Assembly: GCA_024137785.1 (NCBI GenBank) | Contig: JAHRHZ010000266.1 | Coordinates: 62,001 to 126,000 of the forward strand | DNA length: 64,000 nt | Origin: Ginglymostoma cirratum | Taxonomy: Eukaryota | Reading direction: 5' to 3' | Shown: positions 53,261 through 64,000 of the stretch, piece by piece | How the letters are laid out: the number at the start of each line of letters is the position of its first letter | Numbering within the stretch: the stretch's first letter is position 1 | Notes under the pieces: generated by a model | Seen by the model: the letters and a program-made list of their open reading frames with translations, nothing else | Databases searched by the model: none | What the model was told of the DNA's origin: nothing | Made by a program: the position numbers and the translations under genes

Positions 53261-53984
53261 TAAAAACAACATGTCCACGGCAGTTGACAAGAACAAACCC
53301 TTATTGTCCTTAGGGTTCAGGCATTTCTGACAACGACCAACGAGATTGACTGTTCCGAGTGTGAAAATGTTGAGGAGCATTTTGGAGAGGATAGCCCAGC
53401 TTACAATCACGAGTCTCAAAGCAAGGTAATGCATCAGAGACAAAAGAAAACCATAAGAAAGCAAAATGAACGTCTTTTAAAAAAACAACATTCTTGGAAA
53501 GGATTCAAGGAGAAGAAAGAGTGAACAGACTCCAGCTTTTTGCTCCAGAATCGGGAAGGCTGACGAATGGAGATGTTGAAAGTCATGAGATGTTGGGTAG
53601 GATAGACAAACAACAAATGTGAAGGGAGCTGAAACAGGGAACCGTAGATATAATAGTCACCACCACATCAGCAAGGGATTCAACACTCGCTTCTCTCTGC
53701 AGGGAGTGGTTAGAATGTGGAACCTGCTAATGCACCAAGAGGTTGACACAGTGACCACTGTTGTATTTAAGGGGAAGCTTGATCAAATCTTGAGGGAGGA
53801 AGCGACAGAAAGAAATGCTAACAAAGTGAATTAAAGAAGGGTGGGGAGGAACTTGTGCAGAAAATGACTAGTGCCAAAAGCCAACAGAAAGGATGGATTG
53901 AGTCTTGCTGTAGAAACAATATCATGTGGAATTGAAAGCTCCCTGCCTAACCTTTGACTGTCAGCTATTAAAATGAGAGAGAAT

Positions 53985-55010
53985 GAGGTTCTTGAGCATT
54001 TGTACCTAATTTTAGGAATGCAGCCACACCCTTGACTAGTTTGCTACAAGAATAAAGAAGGTGGACTAATGCCAGGCAACCTTTGAAAAGCTAAAAGTAA
54101 TTTTAACAATTGAACCCATATTAACTATGCCACGCTTTAATACAATATACAAGATACAATATAATACAGCACAGGAACAGACCCTTTGGTCCATCAAGCC
54201 TGTGCTGATTCATTGTCCTGATTTAGATCAGCTATTTATTGCCCATCCACAGTTTCTATCCCTCTGTTTGCCTCCAACTCAGCGATTACTTCCTAATAAA
54301 TAGCGGTCTCTAATTTACTCACTATCTGACCTCCCTGTACTAACCAGAAGATGAAATAACTGTGCTAACCATTTCGAAAAACTGAGACACACGTACCCTG
54401 TACTGCAGTGAGATTCCTTCACGTGTACTACCAAGGGAATGAATGGGTTAACACAAACTGGCACTGACCAATCAGAAACCATTCTCCCTATTCCCACTGT
54501 GATAGGACAGCAGGACACCGCCCTGGTATAACAAGGTGTGGAGCTGGATGAACACAGCAGGCCAAGCAGCATCATAGGAGCAGGAAAGCTTGACGTTTTG
54601 GGCCGAGACCCTTCTGGAATGGGTGGCTGCTGGCTCCTCCTGAAGGAAATGTGCCTGAACTGAAACTAGGCCTGAGAACCCCCACACTCGATTTTAAATC
54701 TTCCCTCCGGCTCCTGCTGCTGCTTCCTCCTGAAGGAATGTCCTTGAAACAATAATCCATTTCAATTAACGGGAGCTGTTTACGATTTGGGGATTGGACC
54801 ATTTTACAGGATGACAAGGCTGGAATGGAGACCCTTATGGCTTATTATTCAGAAAAAGTTAACCAACATCAGAAAAACTGTTTAACAATAGAGAAGGAAG
54901 CATTGTTATCAGCTCTTCAACACTTTGAAGTTTATTTTGACATGGAAACAATGAGACTGTGGTTTTCACTGATCATGTTCCACTTAATTATGGAGAAAAA
55001 AAATCAAAAT
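53985..55010 (+). mobile_element. Ty3/Gypsy LTR-retrotransposon pol remnants (RT linker + RNase H), split by later insertions
   Basis: FVPNFRNAATPLTSLL..TFEKLKVILTIEPIL (about 54000-54125) and MAYYSEKVNQHQKNCLTIEKEALLSALQHFEVY..FTDH (about 54835-54975). Confidence 0.75.
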
Positions 55011-55229
55011 AAAGACTCCAAGGTGGTGCAGATGGAGTTTAGATCTGCAGCTGGAGAGATGGCAGAGGACGAGAGAAAAACCAATGTGGTACCATGATTC
55101 CAAAAGTGAGCAAGGGATAAACTGGGTAGCTGCAGGCCACTCAGTCTAACCAAGGTGGAAACAATTCTGAGGGACAGAAGTAATCGACACTTTAAGAGGC
55201 AGGGATTAATCAAAAACAGACAGCATGAG

Positions 55230-55530
55230 CTTGTTGGCTTGCTGCTGGCTTGGTTTTGTTCAGCTGTTTCGCCACCATGCTAGGTGACATCATCAGTGGA
55301 GCCTCCGATGAAGCAATGTAATTCTACTCCACTCGGAATTTCTCCTGTCCGGTCCGTTATGGTGAGTAGTGTCATTTCTGGTTTTGATCCGTATGGGTTT
55401 CTATATTGGGTCCAATTCTGTATGTTTGTTGATTGAAGCATGGGTGGAAAACCTTGCCTCCAGGAATTTCCATACGTGTCTATGAAAAAAATTCCAAGCG
55501 GAGTAGAATAACATCACTTCATCGGAGGCT
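55230..55530 (-). mobile_element. Penelope-like 3' fragment of a second family, with hammerhead-like motif
   Basis: The minus strand at 55261-55299 reads ctgatga-tgtcacc-tagcat-ggtggc-gaaac, next to GIY-YIG C-terminal-like coding (EFLEARF). Confidence 0.6.
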
Positions 55531-56182
55531 GTGAGTGCTGTGGCCTAAAGGATCCTTAACAGCAGGATCTCTTATTATTGTTAACTCAATACACGTTACT
55601 AGATCTAAAATAACATGTTCCCGGGCAGAGACTGCAATGTGCTTCTCTACGAAACAATCCTTTCTGCATTTTGCGCGTTTATTTTCCTTGTTATCCTTGC
55701 CTATCTGATTTGTTGAGTCAAAATGCAAATTAAAATCACTCTCTTACATACTTCCACTATTCCTGGCTCATAATGTATTCTGCAGCGAGTCAATTTTTCC
55801 ATGGCCTATAAACAACTCCCACCAGCGATTTCTTTCCCTCGATGTTCCTTATTTCCACACAAACCAATTCCACATCATGATCTACTGTATTTATATTACT
55901 TCTCACCACCACACTGATGCCTTCCTTTATTAACAATGTGACCCCCACCTCCTTTCATTTTTTGCCAATTTTTCCAGACCGATGAAGAGCCCAAAATTCT
56001 CATTTTTTAACACCATTTCTTGCCCTGGTGCTAATTTCTACTGCGCCTTTCTGTGTACATTTTCTCCTCCTTCCCATCACACTTTGATAGTCTTTCACCT
56101 CTTCACTACCCTGCACTCTCTGCTGTTTTGTTTCTTTTTGATTGGTTGAGAGGGAACCTGATAATGTGTATGAGATTATTTT

Positions 56183-56480
56183 CAGAATTCACAGAATCCC
56201 TACAGTGTGGAAACAGGCCCTTCAGCCCAACAAGTCCACACCGACCCTTGGAGCATCCCATGCAGACCTATCCCCCTATAACCCACCTAATCTACATATC
56301 TCTGAACACTACGAGCAATTTAGCATGGCTAATCCACCCAACCTTCACATCTTTGGACTGTGGGAGGAATCCGGAGCACCTGGACGAAACCCATGCAGAC
56401 ATCGGGAGAACGTGCAAACTCCACACAGACATTCATCCGAGGGTGGAATCGAACCCTGGTCCCTGGTGCTGTGAGGCAGC
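56183..56480 (-). mobile_element. HE1-like SINE
   Basis: Homologous to 7857-8150, with B box gggttcgattcc. Confidence 0.85.
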
Positions 56481-58139
56481 AGAGAGGTATTATGATAGGA
56501 TAGGACAAATAAGAATATGTTTTTCATCAGTAGAGGGGTCAATGAGCAGGAAATATAGATTTCAGGAAAGAGATAGAAGATAAAAGGGGAGTTAAGGAGG
56601 GTTGAGGAGAATCTGTTTTGCACAGAGGATGATAAGAGTCTGGCACTCACTGCCTGAAAGGCCGGTTGAGTTCGAAACACGAGTAACGTTTGACCAGTAT
56701 TCAAGTCTCCATCTGCATGTCTATTTGCTCTTCAGTAGCCTGCACCTCTACTGCCTCATTTCTTTTTAATTTTTAAAACTTCCCTCCAATTGAATCCGTC
56801 CTCCCACCCCCACCCTTATACCACTTATTAGTTTAAAGCCCTCAATAAGTTGGTAAAAAGGCATATGGACCAAGTGCTGCAAAATGAGAGAGGTATAGTC
56901 AGATCTTTGTTCTCTGACACAAACATGATGAGCCAATGACCTCTTTCTATGTTGTAAATTGCTAAGAGTTCATGAATCTACAATGAAGCCTTCAAGGAAT
57001 GAATCTTCACACTTGTAATAGTTAATTGTAAAACCGAAAGAAATGCGGATGCTGCAAATCAGGAACAAAAACAGAAAGTGCTGGAAAAGCTCCCCAGGTC
57101 TGTCAGCATCTGTGAAGAAAAAAATCAGAGTTAACATTTCGGGCTGGTGCCCCTTCCTCAGAACCTCGGGTCAATGGGCCCAAAACTTGAACTCTGACCT
57201 TTCCTCACAGATGCTGCCAGAACTGCTGAGTTTTCCCAGCAACTTCTGTTTTTATTCCTGAACAGTTAATTGTCACTGGTTGACTGGCAGTAATTCAGAC
57301 TCGTCTTATTGATAAAACTGCATTGAGGCTGAAATAGACAAAATGTAACTTTCTATGCTGAAATCAGTTTGTCTCAAAGAATGTCATAAATTCACATCAT
57401 GCAGTAAATCTCAATGGTCAGCCAACAGCAGCGTTTTGTTGCATCAAGTAGCAAATTTTGGATTTCTGTGTTCTGAATTTACAGTATTATTTGTAAGAAA
57501 TAACAGCAAACGCCTTTTGATTCATCATTGTTACTTCTCAGTCAGTTATGCCCAATGTCTCTCTGAAACCTGGTTGTGCCTGCAGTATTCCGTATCTGCC
57601 CTGACTCTCTGGAAGTTTACNNNNNNNNNNNNNNNNNNNNNNNNNNNNNNNNNNNNNNNNNNNNNNNNNNNNNNNNNNNNNNNNNNNNNNNNNNNNNNNN
57701 NNNNNNNNNNNNNNNNNNNNNNNNNNNNNNNNNNNNNNNNNNNNNNNNNNNNNNNNNNNNNNNNNNNNNNNNNNNNNNNNNNNNNNNNNNNNNNNNNNNN
57801 NNNNNNNNNNNNNNNNNNNNNNNNNNNNNNNNNNNNNNNNNNNNNNNNNNNNNNNNNNNNNNNNNNNNNNNNNNNNNNNNNNNNNNNNNNNNNNNNNNNN
57901 NNNNNNNNNNNNNNNNNNNNNNNNNNNNNNNNNNNNNNNNNNNNNNNNNNNNNNNNNNNNNNNNNNNNNNNNNNNNNNNNNNNNNNNNNNNNNNNNNNNN
58001 NNNNNNNNNNNNNNNNNNNNGACCCTTCTTCAGAAAATGGGTCTGAAGAAGGGTCCAGACCCGAAACATCAGCTTTCCTGCTCCTCTGATGCTGCTTGGC
58101 CTGCTGTGTTCATCCAGCTCTACACCTCGTTATCTCTTA

Positions 58140-58790
58140 ACTAGGTAAGCTACGTTTTCCTCCAAATCATTTATATGGACCAGGAACAGCAGGGGTCCAA
58201 CCACTGATCCCTTTGGATCACCACTAGTCACAACCCTCCATTTCAAAAAGCATCCTTCCATCGCTACCCTCTGTCTCCTATAACGACGTAGGTTCTGTAT
58301 CCAACTTGCCAACTCACCCTGATACCATGTGACTTCACCTTATGTACCTGCCTGCCATGAGGGACCTTGTCAAAGACTTTACTGAAGTCCACGTAGCAAC
58401 ATCAACTGTTTTTACCTCATTAATAATCTTCATCACCTCTTCAAAAAGCTCAATCAAGTTAGTGAGACACGACCTCCCCTGAACAAAACCATGCTGTCTA
58501 TCACAAATAAGAGATAACAAGGTGTGGAGCTGGATGAACACAGCAGGCCAAGCAGCATCATAGGAGCAGGAAAGCTTGACGTTTTGGGTATCTCTTTCTA
58601 TCACAAATAAGTCTGTTTGCTTCTAAATGTGGAGAGATCTTGTCCCTGGGAATCTTTTCCAATAATTTTCTACCACCGACATGAGACTCACAGGCCTGTA
58701 ATTTCTTGGATTATCCCTGCTACCCTTCTTAAACAATGGGACAACATTGGCTATTGTCCAGGCCTCTGGGACCTCAACTATGGCCAAGGA
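58140..58790 (-). mobile_element. CR1 RT fragment (duplicate of about 2150-2710) with a short insertion at 58512-58596
   Basis: NYRPVSL and HGFVQGRSCLTNL peptides. The insertion is flanked by TSD tctatcacaaataag. Confidence 0.85.
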
Positions 58791-59221
58791 TGTCCCTGCA
58801 TGCCGAATAGATCCTAGAAGAGAAGAATGACAAGGACCCTGTCTGTGTACCTGTGCTGGAGAGCATGTACATGCAACTGGACTGAGAGCCTTCGACTCTG
58901 GCTGAAGCAGCAATGCATTGACAGGCATTGCCTGCACAATACAGCACCGCACAGCTGGCCTGGCACAGCACAGCACAACATGGTCTGGCAAGGCACAGTA
59001 TGATCTGGTAACTTAAGGCAAGGGAACGAATCAATACTATGAGCATGTAGGTCATTGCTAACTAAGCAAGTGCAAAGAAAGGAAGTGAGCAGCCATAAGG
59101 TACAAACAAAAACCAAAGATCTGCGGATGCTGGAAATCAGAAACAGAAACTGCTCTAAAACCTCAACAGGTCTGGCAGTATCTGTGGAGAGAAAGCAGAA
59201 CTGGTGACCCTTCATGAGCAA

Positions 59222-59254
59222 TCTCTCTGTCTTTCTCTCTCTCTCTCACACACA

Positions 59255-59310
<56 letters not shown>
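59222..59310. repeat. (CT)n(CA)n microsatellite
   Basis: Direct reading of the sequence. Confidence 0.95.
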
Positions 59311-60139
59311 TATAGAGGAACCAAATATAAAGGGTCACCTAGGAAAATGAATACGTGCTAATGGGGACCATTAGTGACCGATAATGGGCTATTTGTGGTA
59401 GCAGCCCATGTGATGACAAGGGCCTGGTGTGTGGGCCCTGAGAGGCAGCCAGATCCAATCTGAGAGCTGGGTGCCTGTCCCTCTGCACAAAGTGTCCCTG
59501 CAGCAACCTTTCAATGCTAATTGTCCCCAGTGCAGGTCTGTGCTTCCAAAGTGACCTGGCAATGTATCGGAGAGCTATCACGTAGGTGGCTAGGGGTTAG
59601 AAAGTGTCGGGATGCCAATGTCTGTGGACGTTGGGTTTGTGCAGATGATGGCCTTGGACCGTGCCCTGAGATGCTGTTTGGTGCTGAGCAATATGGAGGC
59701 ACCTCACGGCCAGCGTTGAGCTGAAGTGTCCAGGTACCTGCTCTGGTCTCCATGTCGAGAAACGGTGATGTCTAATTTGCTCAGCATGTTTGGTAAGACA
59801 GGAGGCCGAATGCTAATCAGGCAGGTTCGGGCAGTGATAAGACATTTATAAAGTTATAATGCCCCCTTAATTAACAAGTTCCTGCTGCCTACTGAGAGAC
59901 CTGCCTCTCTGCTCAGCAAATCCATAAAGGGTGCAACGAGATGCTCCCGATATCGAGATAGACCTTTGCGCACTTCTCGTCGGATTCCACCTTAAATTTG
60001 ATCTTGGCTCATCACTCAGGCCTCTCTGAGATGACACCCATAGTGTTCGCAGTGGTAGCTGTGACAATGAACCAGTGACCAAGATTCAAAGTTCTACCTG
60101 ATGTTGTGGTCAATTTTTATCCCTGAACCAGGGGATTAG

Positions 60140-60448
60140 GGGAGGCAATGGCCTAGTGGACCGTTAATCCAGACACTCAGAAAAATTTCTGGGAACCTGA
60201 TTTTGAATCCTGCCATGTCAGATGGTGGAATTTGAATTCAATAAATATGTGGAATTAAGAATCTAATGATGACCGTGAATCCAATGCCAATTGTGGGAAA
60301 ATCCCATCTGGTTCACCAATGTCCATTAGGGAAGGAATCTGCCATCCTTACCTGGTCTGGTCTACATGGGTCTCCAGACACACAGCAATCTGGTTGACTG
60401 TGAACTTCCCTCTGGGCAATTAGGGATGGGCAATAAATGCCTGGCCAG
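60140..60448 (+). mobile_element. SacSINE1/DeuSINE-like SINE
   Basis: tRNA-like head ggggaggcaatggcctagtgg and central domain gggaaggaatctgccatccttacctggtctgg. Confidence 0.7.
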
Positions 60449-60754
60449 CAAAGCTATCAGAATTTTTCTGATGAAGGGTCTAGGCACGAAACCTCAAGCT
60501 TTCCTGCTCCTATGATGCTACTTGGCCTGCTGTGTTCATCCAGCTCCACACCTTGTTGTCACAGATTCTCCAGCATCTGCAGTACCCATTATCATTGGTC
60601 TTGAGGTGGCAGGAAGACACGAAGAGCAGTTTCAGTGGTCCCTGTTCACAGGATTTGCTGAGATGATTCTTGTGCAGATCAGAAAGCCGCTTCTCTGGAT
60701 GCTGTCATTGGGTTAAAATAGTCATAAGTCACATGACACCAGGTTTATTTGAAA

Positions 60755-60791
60755 TCACAAGCTTTCGAAGCACTGCTCCTTCATCAGGTGA
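60755..60791 (-). ncRNA. Minimal type-I hammerhead ribozyme motif (Penelope-derived)
   Basis: The minus strand reads UCAC-CUGAUGA-A-GGAGC-AGU-GCUUC-GAA-AGCU-U-GUGA. It has an intact core, 4-bp stem I, 5-bp stem II and palindromic AGCU stem III. Activity is untested. Confidence 0.6.
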
Positions 60792-61431
60792 ATTATGAAT
60801 TCTGACTTTGTCCACCCCAGTCCAAAACCAGCACCTCCACAGAAGAGACACTGGGTGGCTTTTCAAAGGTCTGACACTAATCAGAGTTCAGAGCTTCCTG
60901 CCACTGCTGAACGGAAAGAGAATAAGATGGTTTTCCTCAGATTGAAAGTAGATTTTACTGCAGGGAGCAGAGCTGATGGAGGTCGGGTGACATCACCCTA
61001 TTTTGATCACATCCACAAGCTGTTCAGTTATCTGGGAACCAATCACATTGTTGTTGGCAACAAAAACATCTTTGTCACTGAATACTGGTCATTAGTCCAC
61101 AGACCAATCAGCTACTTCTTGCTGGCCTAATCTCTATTTGTACACGCCATTGTCTCCAACTCATCTGCACCTTCTTCTACTACTATTTGACCCAGCAGCT
61201 GTGTAAACAGGATTTAAAATGTGGGTCAAGTTACTTGCTTTCAGAAACATCCAGCAATCCTTCAGCAATCTTTGGATTTCCAACAATACTGATGCATTTC
61301 AGTCCACAATAAAAAACATATGTGAAGAATAACGTCAAGTTTAGGCATTGGTGAATCCCATGATGTTCCTTGAATTTGTTCTGGGAAATAGTACAGCTCG
61401 GTTGCACAGATTCAGTACTTTCTGTGAACGC

Positions 61432-62139
61432 TCACTCCTTAAGTGTGCTCACAACAGCTGCATAGGTTACATCTGCTAGAAAGATACAGAAATCAGAGCT
61501 GATTGTAGTTATAATTTCAGTTTGAGGGTAATTACAGAAAAGGGGCACGTTTTCCCCAAACATCAGTCCCTTCGTTGTCAGGGCAATGACAGGAAAGAGA
61601 AATATTTATTCCAACAGTTGTACATTTTTCCCCTCATTCTCTTCTGACCATGTTACATTGAAAGAGTGAGACAAACTGCTTGACTGACAGTCAACTATCA
61701 TCCAATGGAATAGTGAAGAGTCTGTTTGCTTTCTGATTGGTGCAGTAAGGCAACACCCCAATGAAGATGAACAGTTCGACTGCCAATGACAGCAGCATTG
61801 CAGTGAGGGGATGGGACTTGAAGTTGATGTGATCAAAACTGCATGCTCCACCCAGCCCCAAATGGCACTGTTCTACATATGGGAGAATGGGCTCCAAGGG
61901 CTGGGAAAGGGGAAAGGATTACGATTAGGATTTTGAAAGGATAAAAACTGGTTCACTCTCTGCTGAATCAGCAACTGAGACAGTCTTGCCATCTTGAACT
62001 GAAAGAGAATAACCTGTTGGTGAGGAGGATATATTTTAAATGTTTAGAAACATCACAATATGGAAAAAACATTTGTAGCTACTTACCTTTCCTCTTTCTA
62101 ACAAACATGATGTTTCTTAAGTACAGGAATCAGGCTGAG
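61432..62139 (-). pseudogene. 3' exons of a paralogous Ig receptor gene: disrupted penultimate exon (62087-62139) and ITIM exon (61432-61475)
   Basis: The penultimate exon is 53 bp rather than 54 and reads QPDSCT-TAA (stop at 62117-62119 where the other copy has TAC). The terminal exon DVTYAAVVSTLKE* is intact in sequence. The rest of the gene lies beyond the window, so this could be a tail-truncated gene rather than a pseudogene. Confidence 0.6.
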
Positions 62140-64000
62140 CTGTAATACAAACGGTATCCACTCTGAAACTGCCTTACTTCATCAGCTTTCTTTCTCCAGA
62201 ATCAAAGGATCTTACAATAAGACACAATTCTGTGCAAACATCATAGCTTTACCACCGGAAAATGGTCGACGGGTTTCATTCGAATCAGACATCAAACTGT
62301 ATTCTGAGTTTTTTGGACGTGTGGTCCCCCAATGGGCATGCCTTAAGGAGCGACTTAAAAAGGTGTAAAGAGAGTTGGAGAGGTTCAGATGGGATTCTCA
62401 GACTCTTGCAGATTAAAAGTTAGGCACCAGAGACGTTGCTATTCCATTCCAGTTAAGCCAACATCGGCCATCTCTCTATAATGAGAGAACAACACTATGC
62501 TCTCTGGGATAATGGTGAGTTTATATTTACTATAAGGGGTATGGAGGAGCAAGAATTGGAGGTAGGAAGTCGTCTCAATGGGTTGTAAGTGTACAAGTTT
62601 AAATTTATCAACAATCCTCAGACAGCACCTTACAAACCCGCAACCACCTCCATCTAAAAATGCAATGCCAGCAGATAAACGGGAATACGGCCCTTATGAG
62701 TTTCCCTCCAAGGGTCTTACCATCCTGACTTGGAAATATATTCTCGTACCTTCACTGTCGTCGGGTCAAAATCCTGGTATTCTGTCCCTGAAGGCATTGC
62801 GGGTCTACCTACAACACATCTCCCGCAGCACTTCAAAAAGGCAGCTCACCAACAATTTCTCAAGAGGTCAACAAGAGATGGGCAATGAATGCTGCCCAGC
62901 CAGTGACACAAATATCTCATGAATTAATGAAAATATACTTCCTGCCCCTTACCTCAAATTAATGCCCCACACTCCATCAGGGGGAAAACATCTTCATGTC
63001 GAACCTATCTATGCCCCTCATAAGTTTATGCATCTCAATCATGTCCCCCCGCAACCTCCTCTTCCCTGAGAAAAAGCAATCTATCCAATCTCTCTTCATA
63101 ATTGAAACTCTCCAAACCAGGTGACATCCTGGCAAATCTCCTCTGCACCCTCTCCAGATCTCTCCTATGATGTGGATTCCTGAACTGCACACAATTCTCC
63201 AGCTGTGGTCTAACCAATTTTTCATGCAGTTCCAGCAGAACCTTCCTGCTCCTACTTAAACCCTTTGCTTCAACTAAAAAAATGGAAGTATCCCATATGG
63301 CTTTTTAACCATGTTATCCAACTGCCCTGATACCTGAAGGGGAATGATGTAGATGCACACCAAGGTCCCTCTGATCCTTGGTATTTCCGAGGGTCCAACT
63401 GTTTGTTACACCTTCCTTTCCCTTCTTTGTCCTGCCCAAGTATATCACCTCCCAATTATCCAGATTGAATTTTATTTACCACTGATCGGGCCATCTGACA
63501 GCCTCCTGTAGTCTTGGGCTATCCCCCTCACTATTTACCACCCCAACTATTTGTTTATCATCTGGGAACCCACTGATCAACGGTCCGTCATTTAAGTCTA
63601 ACTCAATTCTATAAAGTACAAATAGCAAGGGCACCATCACTGACCCCTGTGGGATCCCACTAGACACAGATTTCCAGTCACAACAATGCCCCTTGACCAT
63701 CTCACTCTGTTTCCTGCCAGTCAGCTAATTGTGGATTTAAATTGCAAAATTCCCTTGGATCCCATAGGCTCTCACCTTTGCTAACAATCTCCCACTTGGG
63801 ACCTGATCAAAAGCCTTGCTGAAGTCCAAGAAGGTGTAAGAACATAAGAAACAGGTCCAGGAGTAGACCATCTGGCTACTCGAGCCTGCTCTGCCATTCA
63901 ATAAGATCATGGCTGATCTCTTCAAGGACTCAGCTCTACTAACCCACTCACCATAACCTTTAATTCCTTTACTGTTCAAAAATCTATCTACCTTTGCCTT

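Larger units (their letters stand above)
57180..63300 (+). repeat. Segmental tandem duplication copy 2 (homologous to about 1-14440)
   Basis: Collinear unique-sequence blocks: 57180-57620~1-437, 58140-58790~2150-2710, 60600-61205~4380-5025, 61205-62245~7413-9028, 62245-62590~12380-12705 and 62730-63300~13928-14440. Confidence 0.9.

Overview
Repeat-rich vertebrate genomic DNA. The repeat families (CR1/HER1-type LINEs, HE1-like and SacSINE1-like SINEs, Penelope elements) point to a cartilaginous fish, probably a shark; this is an inference. The main content is a minus-strand immunoglobulin-superfamily receptor locus reconstructed by hand from splice signals. It has two tandem pairs of intact V-set exons (V1-V2 at 48222-43039 and V1-V2 at 34163-28723), one uncharged transmembrane exon (26356-26466) and up to four small cytoplasmic exons ending in an ITIM (VTYAAV, 7685-7728). 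The V1 domains closely resemble the Siglec-15 V-set domain and keep the F-strand sialic-acid-binding Arg. The architecture (V-V or V-V-V-V, neutral TM, ITIM tail) is the opposite of canonical activating V-C2 Siglec-15. The 3' end of a neighbouring paralog (about 57180-63300, duplicating about 1-14440) has a stop codon at one of its tyrosine motifs. It also has an intact-looking Penelope-derived minimal hammerhead ribozyme next to an AATAAA in its putative 3' UTR. No signal-peptide exon was confidently found, and four N gaps limit the model. Transposon boundaries are approximate unless a TSD is cited.
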